A DNA stretch of 64,000 nucleotides from Squalus acanthias (taxonomy: Eukaryota). Every line of letters starts with the position of its first letter. The first letter of the stretch is position 1. The position numbers and the translations under genes were made by a program. Positions 11,939 to 24,000 of the stretch are shown in pieces. The stretch is taken from NCBI GenBank assembly GCA_030390025.1, contig JASTWF010000070.1, positions 744,001 to 808,000 of the forward strand. The letters run 5' to 3'. The notes beneath the pieces are model-generated. The model worked only from the letters and a program-made list of their open reading frames with translations, was not told the origin of the DNA and ran no database searches.

Positions 11939-13531
11939 ATAAACACAGACATACACACGCACATAAATGCATTCTTAAGCCTTGTATATCGACTTAGCAT
12001 GGAGGCCATTTAGCAACATAGTTTGAGTTATCTTCACAATTATCCAGGAATTTCGTCGCATGTCTGCATCTCTATAATAATTGCTGCGGCCAAAGTAATA
12101 AAATCAGTCACCCCACCTGGGCGGGAGTGGGGGGCGACCTCGACTCCCTGTAGAAATAATAAATCTGGGTATCTGAAATACAACCTAAAACTGCTGCAAT
12201 GACACTGCGGATGAGTGTCTGTCGAGGGCATTATGCCCGAAACATTAACTGATCATTCCTGTCAGTAGATACCACTGCGGTTGATGGATTCGCTCTATTT
12301 CCATTCGGAGCGATAATGGGGATTGGATGTAAATTAAGATGACGTAGTCCGCGGTCTGCTTTCTGTTCACGGGGCGAAACATTCCTTTGATGCTAAAACT
12401 GTACGCGATCAAAATATGAAACAAGCATTAATTCTGGTAAATCCTTGGTCACGTGCCATAAATATTGAGAATAGAATTGTGGGATGGTCTTTGAATCAAT
12501 CTTAAAAGAACATGGAAAATATAAAAAATATACCATTGAAATCGGAGTTGGGGGTTGACAGGTTTTGGCACAGTGTTAAATGCAGTGTGACTGTTACTGA
12601 TGAAAAATGATTCAGTTAAATACTTTTCCTTGTGGGTCTCTTGACTCGTTCTTCTGAAACAATTAACTGTAATTCGCATTGAAAGCTGCGAGAAGGGATT
12701 CATATTAAACAAACATTTATTAAAATAGTCCCGATCAACATCAATTCTCTCCTGATCTGCCGCTGTTATGATTCCAAAATGGAAATGAGGATCAATACTC
12801 GAACCAGGACTACCGAGACAGTTATTGCAATGGGAAGGGTCGGAATGCACCACCCTACAGAGAGAAACACTTAGAAAATGCTGCTGGGTCAAGACATTAT
12901 TTTCTGGGGTTCTCTGATGAGAAACTTGACCCAGCCACAATGGAGGAGCATTAAACCCGGGGTGTGAAAAGAGAAACCAGCCATGCGATTAATATTGGAC
13001 GAGTAAAAACACATCATGGAATAAATTGCGCTATGTTTGGTGTTTGGGACAAGTTGAAAGACAGTACTCAACAAATATAATTCAGCCAAGAGATGCACTT
13101 ACAGCGGAGAGTTACCATCAACAGTATATTACGCGTAAACTGTTAGGCTTTATGTAAACACCCTGACAAAATTGTGTTTCAAAAATTAACAAATTAAGTA
13201 ATTAGCATTAACATGTCAGACTTAGACGTCTCTCTACATCTAGCTGTCTCCTTACCTATGTATCTATCTTTATCTTTCTATCTCTAACTCGATCTATATA
13301 TATATCACCATCTCCATCTCTGTCTCTAACTCAATCTCTATCTCCATCTTCATCTCTACCTGTATATCTGTCTCTATTTCAATCGCTATCTCCAGGCCTT
13401 TATCTCCATCTATCTTTATCTCTATATCTCGCTATTTTCATGATCTCTGTCTACATCTCTAACGCTATATCTAAATTCGAAGAGTTTGCAATAACCCAAT
13501 CTTTATGAAGCCTCATAAACAGAGCGTGATG

Positions 13532-16500
13532 TTGCAGCCAATTGGTGATCTCAACAATACAAACTGATTCAAACGAAAATAGCTCTCTTGAGCAAACTGA
13601 GCGGGGTTATAGTTTTACAACAGGAAAATTAAAGAAAACGGGTGTAGTTGGGTCTCCTTCCATGCCAGTAGTCCCAAACTATCGATCAAGTCGAAGCATT
13701 TCCGAGCATTAACTCATTTCTGATCAGAAAATCAGTAAACTTATTTTTTATGACAACCTTAAAATTAAGAAATCCAACCGGGAATTCAGGAGAAACTTCT
13801 TTACCGAGAGAGTGGTGAGAATGTGGAAATCGCTACCACAGGGAGTGGTTGAGGCGAATAGTATAGATGGATTTAAGGGGATGCTAGATAAACACATGAG
13901 GGAGAAAGGAATAGAAGGATATGCTGATGGGGTGAGATGGAGAGGGGGTGGGAGGAGGCTCGTGTGGAGCATAAACACCGGCACGGACCAGTTGGGCCAA
14001 ATGGCCTGTGTCTGTGCTGCACATTCTGTGCAATTCTATGGAAGGCGCCTATGGAACCTATGTCAAGGTTTGCCATCTTCAGAAGAATGAAGCGGTATGG
14101 AAACTGGCAGATAAGAGAAAGTTACATCAATTTTAATTTTAGGATGAATTTCTGGTAGAACTGGTTTTGAGTTGAGCAGGCCATTTAGTACCTTACTGAA
14201 TTTCTGAACAGTGATGCGGAAATACCTGACCTCAACTGACAAAGAAGCGAGTCTGACCTTGAAGCAGAGAGGGGGCAGCTCGTTGGCAGCGAAGAGGCGC
14301 TTTGACTGTGACCGCGCCTGTTGCTCTGAATACCACAGATCACGCTGCTCGGGCCGCTTGCGAGGAGATGTGCAAAGTGCAGTGAGTTGTGGAAACGGCT
14401 GGCCGAGATTCTGACTTGAGCTGGAAAATAATGGCCTAGCTAGAAGCTCTCTGTGGTTTTCCTGTTTCTGCAGATTAGCCGCCCACACACAGAAAGGTCA
14501 AACAGTGAGGCACCATGTTCAACCGCACACAGAAGACAGTTGTCACTCAGGGCAGATTCAACTGAACAGAGAGCAGACTCGAGTTCATTGACCACATTTA
14601 CAACCTCCCTTTCCATGTGACACCGCGTCCTGTTTACCTGCATTGCCCAGTGTTTGCACAGGAGTAATTGATCCTATTCTGACCCTCAATATCATTCATT
14701 AAATATCCTCTCCCCCCACCACCGGCGCATCGTGGCTGCAGTGTGTACTATCTCCATACAGGATGCACTGCAGCAACTCACCAAGGCTCCTCCGACAGCA
14801 ACTCCCAAACCCGCGACCTCTACCGCCTAGAAGGACAAGGACAGCAGGCGCATGGTAATACCATCACCTTCAATTTCCCCGCTCCAAGTCAAACACACCA
14901 TCCTGACTTGGACAAATATCGGCCGTTCCTTCATCGTCGCTGGGTCAAAATGCTGGAACTCCCTCGGGAACAGCACTGTGGGAGCAGCTTCACCTCACGG
15001 ACTGCAGCGGTTCAAGTAGTAAGTCCAACACCACATTCTCAAGGGCAACTAGGGATGGGCAATAAATGCCGGCCTTGCCAGCGCCGCCTACATCCCATGA
15101 ATGAATTAAATACAATTCTCAACTTTAACTGCCAAAATTAAAATTCAGAACAATGTCAAATGCACACCTCTATACGATGACCTTTCTGTCACCCTCTCCG
15201 AACTATAATCAAAAGCTCTTTATAGCCACTCTGCATTTTGCATTAGACTGACCGCTATGACGCACAGACGCTGCCCACATGTAAAATGCACGAGGCGTGG
15301 GATCCAACAAGATACTGCTTCTAAAGGCTTAGCGCGGAACAGTTTCCACCATATCTGAAGGGGGTGCAACCAACAGTGTGTGCGCTCGGGTCACTCGGCG
15401 CCCACTCCGAATGCAGAATGATGAGAGCGAGCACGGGAATAACTGAGCCCGGTTCCGACTTCAAGATGTTCAAGGCAACTTTTTCCGTGATCCTCATTGT
15501 CCACGTGTTCTGGCCTTACGGTGAGTGAGACACGGTTCCAATCTCCTAAATGGAATCAGTCAAAAACTGGAAACAATGGACTGTGTTTACTAAGTTGAAA
15601 ATGTGACCGGGCTAACAACTTTTGGGCTGCTGTTTTCTCCCCCTCCCTATCTCTGTAACCTCCTCCAGCCCTGCAACCCTCCGAGATCTCGGCGCTGCTC
15701 CAATTCTGCCATCTTGCGCATCCCCCGATTTCCATCGCTCCACCATTGGCGGCCGTGCCTTCAGCTGCCTGGGCTCCAAGCTCTGAAATTTCCTCCCTAA
15801 ACCTCTTGCAGCCAATTGGTGATCTCAACAATACAAACTGATTCAAATGAAAATAGCTCTCTTGAGCAAACTGAGCGGGGTTACAGTTTTACAACAGGAA
15901 AATTAAAGAAAACGGGTTTAGTTGGGTCTCCTTCCATGCCAGTAGTCCCACACAATCGATCAATCGAAGCATTTCCGAGCATTAACTCATTTCTGATCAG
16001 AAAATCAGTAAACTTATTTTTTATGACAACCTTAAAATTAAGAAATCCAACCGGGAATTCAGGAGAAACTTCTTTACCCAGAGAGTGGTGAGAATGTGGA
16101 AATCGCTACCACAGGGAGTGGTTGAGGCGAATAGTATAGATGGATTTAAGGGGAAGCTAGATAAACACATGAGGGAGAAAGGAATAGAAGGATATGCTGA
16201 TGGGGTGAGATGGAGAGGGGGTGGGAGGAGGCTCGTGTGGAGCATAAGCACCGGCACGGACCAGTTGGGCCAAATGGCCTGTGTCTGTGCTGCACATTCT
16301 GTGTAATTCTATGGAAGGCGCCTAAGGAATCTATGTCAAGGGTTGCCATCTTCAGAAGAATGAAGCGGTATGAAACTGGCAGATAAGAGAAAGTTACATC
16401 AATTTTAATTTTAGGATGAATTTCTGGTAGAACTGGTTTTGAGTTGAGCAGGCCATTTAGTACCTTACTGAATTTCTGAACAGTGATGCAGAAATGCCTG

Positions 16501-18077
16501 ACCTCAACTGACAAAGAAGCGAGTCTGACCTTGAAGCAAAGAGGGGGCAGCTCGGTGGCAGCGAAGAGGCGCTTTGACTGTGACCGCGCCTGTTGCTCTG
16601 AATACCACAGATCACGCTGCTCGGGCCGCTTGCGAGGAGATGTGCAAAGTGCAGTGAGTTGTGGAAACGGCTGGCCGAGATTCTGACTTGAGCTGGAAAA
16701 TAATGGCCGAGCTAGAAGCTCTCTGTGGTTTTCCTGTTTCTGCAGATTAGCTGCCCACACACAGAAAGGTCAAACAGTGAGGCACCATGTTCAACCGCAA
16801 ACAGAAGACAGTTGTCACCCAGGGTAGATTCAACTGAACAGAGAGCAGACTCGAGTTCATTGACCACATTTACAACCTCCCCTTCCATGTGACACCGCGT
16901 CCTGTTTACCTGCATTGCCCAGTGTTTGCACAGGAGTAATTGATCCTATTCTGACCCTCAATATCATTCATTAAATATCCTCCACCTCCACCACCGGCGC
17001 ACCGTGGCTGCAGTGTGTACTATCTCCATACAAGATGCACTGCAGCACCTCACCAAGGCTTCTCCGACAGCAACTCCCAAACCCGCGACCTCTACCGCCT
17101 AGAAGAACAAGGACAGCAGGCGCATGGTAACACCATCACCTTCAATTTCCCCGCTCGAAGTCAAACACACCATCCTGACTTCGACAAATATTGGCCGTTC
17201 CTTCATCGTCGCTGGGTCAAAATGCAAGAATCTACTCGGTAACAGCGCTGTGGGAGCACTTCCACCTCACGGGACTGCAGCGGTTCAAGTAGGAAGTCCA
17301 CCACCACATTCTCAAGGGCAACAAGGGATGGGCAATAAATGCCGGCCTTGTCAGCGCCGCCTACATCACATGAATGAATTAAATACAATTATCAACTTTA
17401 ACTGCCAAAATTAAAATTCAGAACAATGACAAATGCACACCTCTATACCATGACCTTTCTGTCACCCTCTCCAAACTTTAATCAAAAGCTCTTTATAGCC
17501 ACTCTGCATTTTGCATTAGACTGACCGCTATGACGCACAGACGCTGCCCACATGTAAAATGCACGAGGCGTGGGATCCAACAAGATACTGCATCTAAAGG
17601 CTTAGCGCGGAATAGTTTCCACCGTATCTGAAGGGGGTGTAACCAACTGTGTGTGCGCTCGGGTCACTCTGCGCCCACTCCGAATGCAGAATGCTGAGAG
17701 CGAGCATGGGAATAACTGAGCGCGGTTCCGGCCTCAAGATGTTCAAGGCAGCTTTTTCCCTGACCCTCATTGTCCACGTGTTCTGGCCTACCGGTGAGTG
17801 AGACACGGTTCCAATCTGCTAAATGGAATCAGTCAAAAACTGGAAACAATGGACTGTGTTTAGTAAGTTGAAAATGTGACCGGGCTAACAACATTTGGGC
17901 TGATATTTTCTCCCCCTCCCTATCTCTGTAACCTCCTCCAGCCCTGCAACCCTCCGAGATCTCGGCGCTCCTCCAATTCTGCCCAATTGCGCAACCCCGA
18001 TTTCCATCGCTCCACCATTGGCGGTCGTGCCTTCAGCTGCCTGAGCTCCAAGCTCTGAAATTCCCTCGCTAAACCTC
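13532..18077 (+). repeat. Direct tandem duplication, ~2.27 kb unit (13532-15805 / 15806-18077)
   Basis: Both units start TTGCAGCCAATTGGTGATC and end CTAAACCTC; near-identical ORFs offset by ~2272-2273 bp. Confidence 0.95.
15466..15520 (+). CDS. Duplicated leader exon of gene A (possible alternative first exon)
   Basis: ATG..MFKATFSVILIVHVFWPY, then G|GTGAGT phase-1 donor, compatible with the V exon at 18427. Confidence 0.65.
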
Positions 18078-21000
18078 TCCGCCTCTCTCTCCTCCTTTAA
18101 GACGTTCCTTAGCACTTAGTTCTTTGATCAAGCTTTTGGTCACCTGTCGTAATATCTCTTTCTGTGGCTCGGTGTCAAATTTATGTAAAGCGCCTGGGGT
18201 CCTTTAATTACGTTAAAGGTCCTGTATCAAAGAAAGTTGTGATTGAAATGTTTGTTTACTTTCTGGTCCTTCTATAAGGTGAAGTAAAGGCAAACTAGAG
18301 AATGGATATAACAAGCAATAACTGAAGGCGATAATTATGCTGTTGTTAAATTACAGGCGAGGTGTTTTAACGGGGTTTCTTTCTATCGCTCAATAATCAG
18401 TTCTAATGTAACAATAATCCCTCTAGTTGCAGAATCCCAGCCCTTTCTGTCTCGGAGCCCCTTCACAGTGACAGCCGGAGTCGGCCAGTCGGTTGAATTT
18501 GAATGTCACCAGATTTCTAAAGTGTATTTGGTGAATAGCTATTTCTGGTACAAGCAGCGTGTGGGTGAAGCCCCGAGACTAATCAATATCCCATCCTGTA
18601 ATCGGACCGATTGCAAGTTTACTTCTAAAAAAGGACACACCACATCTACACTGATCCTGGAAATCCGCAATGTACAGGTGGCTGACAGCGGCTCCTATTA
18701 CTGTGCTGCTAGGGTTGGCTATGCACCGCTCCGGAATGGGACCACACTGCTGGTTGGAGGTAAGAGCAAAACCAACTTGAATTCAGATCATGTACAGCAA
18801 TATCATTCGGTGTAAACTCAGAGTTAACTGTGTCCCAATCCCTGTCCAGACAGTTCCATACCGACTGTGATGGTGTTTGCTCCGCCGGGGGAGCCGCATT
18901 TTAGGGACACCGTCCCCTTGGTGTGTTTGGTCACTGGCGTCTCCACGAACCAGATTGCTATTTACTGGAACGTTACCGGACAGTTGACCGAGGGACGGAG
19001 CGATTCCGGTACACTGGACCCGAACGGGACCTACAGCATCAGAAGCCATGTGATGGTCTCGGGGGAAGCCTGGAGAAGCGGCGGGGTCTGCACCTGTATT
19101 GTTGAGCTGGGTTCCAAGGACAAATCTTGGGCCAAGAGCGTGTCGCGCCCCAAAATAGTGGCAGGTGAGTCGGTGATCTGTAAGGCGAAGGTCAGTATTC
19201 AGCGTTAGCTTCATTTGGAGTAGTTCACTCGCTCCTAAGCGCCTGAAGTCTGTAAATAAAGCAACACCACAGGATGAGCATGAATATCTATTTCTGAGGA
19301 GAATAGTGCGTTCAGTCTGTTATAAAATACATTGAAATAAGCTACGGTTACCCTCCGTCCCAGGTCTTCTAAATACTTTCTCCGCTCTTGGCTGAGTTTA
19401 GATTTCTGCGGGTCATCTAAGAATTAAAGAATGATACAGCAGAGAAGGAGGCCATTTGGCCCATCGTGCCTGTGCCGGCTCTTTGAAAGAGCTCTCCAAT
19501 TAATCCCACTCCGTCCCTGCTCTTTCTCCACAGTCCTTGCAAAATTTTCCCCTTCAAGAATTTATCGGACTCCCTTTTGAAAGTTATTAGTGAATCAGCT
19601 TCCACCGCCCTTTCAGGCAGCGCATCCTGGAATGGATTGGAGTGAACGCGCTTTCTGAACTGAAACTAGTCTCAAGAAGCAGTGAAATAGTTGGCTGAAC
19701 GCGTCTGCTGGGATCAGACGCTCGCTCATTTCCACCCGTTTATTTTCTCGTTTACCGTTTTAAAGACCCGAGCCACCCTTATCGAACCCCACGTTGCTAG
19801 TGAAATATATTTTCATTTAATCGGGTTATGAAACTTCACGGAAATTGGGTAATTGTTCCAGTTTAGCACACATAAATCATGGGGGTATATATGCTCAAAT
19901 CTTTGAAGGTGGCAGGACCAGTCGAGAAGATTGCTAAAAAACATATGGGCTCTTTGGCTTTATTAATAGAGGAATAGAGTACAGAAGCAAGGAAGTTATG
20001 CTAAACATTTATAAAGCAATGGTTGGGCCACAGCTGGAGTATTGTGTCTAATTCTGGCCAAAACACTTTAGGAAGGATGTCAAGCCCTTGGAGACGGTGG
20101 AGAGGAGATTTACTAGAATAGTACCATGGATGAGGGATTTCAGTTATGTGGAGAGACTGGAGAAGCTGGGATTGTTCTCCTTAGAGCAGAGAAGGTTAAG
20201 AGGAGATTTAACAGAGGTGTTCAATCATGAATCATGAATGGTTCCGATAGAATAAATAAGAAGAAACTGTTCCCATTGGCACAAGGGTCGGTAACCAGAG
20301 GACACAGATTTAAGGTGATTGGCAAATGAACAAGAGGGGAGATGAGGAAGCATTTTTTTATGCAGCGAGTTGTTGTGATCTGGAATGCGCTGCCTGAAAG
20401 GGCGGTGGAAGCAGGTTCAATTGTAACTATCAAAAGAGAATTGGAATAAACACTTGAAGGGATAACATTAGCAGGGCTATGGGAAAAGAGAAGGGGAGTG
20501 GGTCTAATTGGCTAGCTCCATCAATGAGCCTGCACAGCCACGATGGGCTGAATGGCATCCTTCTGTGCTCTAATCATTCTATGATTCATTTTTCAAATAG
20601 AATGTTTTGATTGTGCATTATTAAAATTATGGGGCAATACTGAGAGTGTCGGCTGTCAATTTGACTCAGCCACTAAACTAGTGCAATGTATTCCATTATG
20701 AGGTTTCACTTGTCCAATATTCGTCGCATTGGCTGGTTTGTCCTTTCACACCCCGGACTTGATGCTCCTTCATTGTAACTGGGTCAAGTTTCTCATCATA
20801 TAATCCCAGAATGTAATGATTTGACCAAACAGCATTTGCTAAGTGTTTCTCTCTGTAGGGTGGTGCAGTCCGAGCCTTCTCGTTGCAATAACTATCTCGG
20901 TGATCCTGGTTCTAATATTGATTTTCATTTCCATTTGGTATCATAAAAGCGGCAGATCAGGTGAGAATTGACCTTTAGCAGGAATATTTGAATAAATGTT

Positions 21001-24000
21001 TGTTTCTCGAAGCGTTAAATACTAATTACAGTTAATTGTTTCAGAAGAACGAGTCAAAGGACCCCACAAGGAAAGGTAAGTAACTGAACCATTTACAAAG
21101 TTCATCAGTAACAGTCTCACTGTATTTAACACTGTCAAAACCAGTTAACCCCAACTTCAATTTCAATATTTTCCACGTTCTCTTAAGATTGAATCAAAGT
21201 CCATTCCGCAATTCTGTTCTCGATATTTATGGCATGTGACCAAGGATTTACAAGAAGTAATGCTTGTTTAACATTTTTGTTTGCATATAGTTTTAGTTTG
21301 AGAGAGAGAACGATAAGAGCCGGAAGAAATGAACGACACTCAGGTGAGTTAGATTGAAATGTTGGTGGAGATAGAACATCATTTGTGGATTATTTCAAAG
21401 ATCAATAAGTTAATTTCCCGCCATCAAACTGTCCTGCCATCGTTCTCCTGTCTGACGAATCTACATAAATGCAAATTATTGGTTATTAATGCTAACAATT
21501 ATGTATCAGATGGATAATAGACGCCAGACACCGGGGGTGGATGATCCATGTCCATTCATTAGCGTATTGGGGTATCATTAGCATAGTGGGGGATAATTGG
21601 CATAATGGGGTATCATTGGGGTATTGTTGGACAATTAGCGTATTGGGGTAGTTGGCGGATTGGGGGATTATTGGCTTATTGGGGTACCATTGGCATATTG
21701 CTGGACCATCGTCGTATTGTATTGGGGTACCATTGGCATATTGGAGTACCATTGGCGTATTAGCTGAGCATTGGCTTATTGGGGTACCATTGGCGTATTG
21801 CTGGATCATTGTTGTATTAGGGGACCATTGGCGCATGGTGCCTCTATAAATAAATATAGATTAGCCAGAATTTATGATATTTAAATTCATATTCTAAACT
21901 TTTAATACACAGGTGACACCCGTCAAATGGAGGCGAAGCGGACACATCAGGGTGCAATACATGTAAGTAAGTTCATTGAACCTGTTGCAATAATATACAG
22001 GAACTTGGTGATTTCTGGGATGGGTGCAATGCGCCACATGCTGGATATTTCACACGGTTGGCATTGAGCAGGTCATAGTCCAGATCATCTTAATCTGCAG
22101 CGAATCCCATTCGTTGCTCCAACTGGAAACAGAACATATCCTGCAGCCCTCTTCCCATCTGATAATAGAAAGGATAGGTTAATGTTCCGGGTATAATGCT
22201 TCACCAGACTTTACTGCGGATTTCCAGCAGTTTAAGGTTCAATTTCAGATTTCCAGCTTTTTGCTATTTTCTATTCTTTTTATGTCTACATTGAGTCCAT
22301 GTCCGCTCCCCCCACAAACCCCCGCCCCTCCCATCCGGCGGAGAAACTGTTTTTAATATGTTAGCACAGATATTATTATGAAGATTCAGAAATAAGACGA
22401 CAAACAGAATAGTTTCACAGATAAGTCAAAATATGTTTATTTGGTAAGTCGTCGAAGAAGGAATCAGTTTGGAGTGAATATGATTNNNNNNNNNNNNNNN
22501 NNNNNNNNNNNNNNNNNNNNNNNNNNNNNNNNNNNNNNNNNNNNNNNNNNNNNNNNNNNNNNNNNNNNNNNNNNNNNNNNNNNNNNNNNNNNNNNNNNNN
22601 NNNNNNNNNNNNNNNNNNNNNNNNNNNNNNNNNNNNNNNNNNNNNNNNNNNNNNNNNNNNNNNNNNNNNNNNNNNNNNNNNNNNNNNNNNNNNNNNNNNN
22701 NNNNNNNNNNNNNNNNNNNNNNNNNNNNNNNNNNNNNNNNNNNNNNNNNNNNNNNNNNNNNNNNNNNNNNNNNNNNNNNNNNNNNNNNNNNNNNNNNNNN
22801 NNNNNNNNNNNNNNNNNNNNNNNNNNNNNNNNNNNNNNNNNNNNNNNNNNNNNNNNNNNNNNNNNNNNNNNNNNNNNNNNNNNNNNNNNNNNNNNNNNNN
22901 NNTGGGTGTGATTGTAATTGTGTGTGCGTATTAGAATGTGTGTGTGCGTGTGAGAGAGTGTGTGCGTGTGTGAGTGTGTGTGTGAGTCTGTGAACGAGTC
23001 TCTGAGAGAATGAGTTTGTGTGTGTTTGTATGAGATTTTGTGAGTGTGAAGTGCGTGCGATTGTCAGCCATGACTCAGTGGGTGGCACTCTCGCCTCTGG
23101 GTCAGAAGGTCATGGGTTAAAGTCTCACTCCAGAGACTTGCGCACAAAAATCTAGGCTGACGCTCCCAGTGCGGTACTGAGGGAGCGCCGCACTGTCGGA
23201 GGGGCAATACGGAGGGAGCGCTGGACTGTCAGAGGGGCAGTAATGAGGAAGTGCTGCACTGTCGGTGGGGCAGTACTGAGGGAGAGCTGCACTGTCGGAC
23301 GGGCAGGCCTGAGGGAGTGTTGCACTGTCGGAGGGGCCATACTAAGGGAGTGCTGCACCGTCGCAGGTGCCGTCTTTGAGATGAGATGTTAAATTGAGGC
23401 CCCGTCTGCCCTCTCAAGTGGACGTAAAAGAACTCACGCCACTATCTCGAAGAAGAGCATAGGAGAGTTCTCCCTGGGGTCCCCGACCAATATTTATCCC
23501 TCAACCAACATTATTAAGAAACAGATTATCTGGATATTATCTCATTGCTGTTTGTGGGAGCTTGCTGTGCGCAGACTGGCTGCCACGTTTCCTACATTAC
23601 AACAGTAACTACAATTCAAAAGTATTTCATTGGCTGTAAAGCGACTTTGGAACGTACTGAGGTCATGAAAGATGCTGTGGAAATGCAAGTCTTTCTTTCT
23701 TTTAGGACGTGTGATGGCGTGTGATTCTGTCTGGGTATGATTGATTGTGTGTGTGTGTCATTGAGTATGAGTGTATTTGAGTGTGTATATGTGTGTGTGT
23801 AATTGAGTGTGTGTGTGTGATATTCTGTCTGGGTATGATTGATTGTGTGTGTGTCATTGAGTGTGTGAGTGCGTGTGATTATGTCTGGGTGTGATTGATT
23901 GTGTGTGACAGAGAGTGATTGACTGACTGTGTAAGAGTAAGGAAGTCTTGCTACAATTGTACAGGGCCTTGGTGAGACCACACCTGGAGTACTGCGCACA

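Larger units (their letters stand above)
10045..12990 (-). pseudogene. Decayed inverted paralog of gene A 3' half (TM exon 12854-12752, cytoplasmic exon ~12653-12622, terminal exon ~10160-10050)
   Basis: Reverse complement aligns to gene A exons and flanking introns. TM GWCIPTLPIAITVSVVLVRVLILISI has a 1-nt insertion and a GT>GA donor. EERVK exon present. Terminal exon GGPRDQ..DFAALKMSSKKKA has a 2-nt deletion and the ITIM Tyr lost. No V or C exon found. Confidence 0.8.

Noticed and set aside
14063-16760. 141-aa and 204-aa minus-strand ORFs
   Set aside because: No recognisable domain, they run into CR1 debris, and their recurrence is explained by the tandem duplication.
22426-23088. Long ORFs spanning N runs (also 10464-10965)
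   Set aside because: Artefacts of assembly gaps and dinucleotide repeats.
23063-23135. tRNA gene-like sequence (also 37280, 37503)
   Set aside because: Degenerate tRNA-derived SINE heads continuing into the SINE body; no complete cloverleaf.
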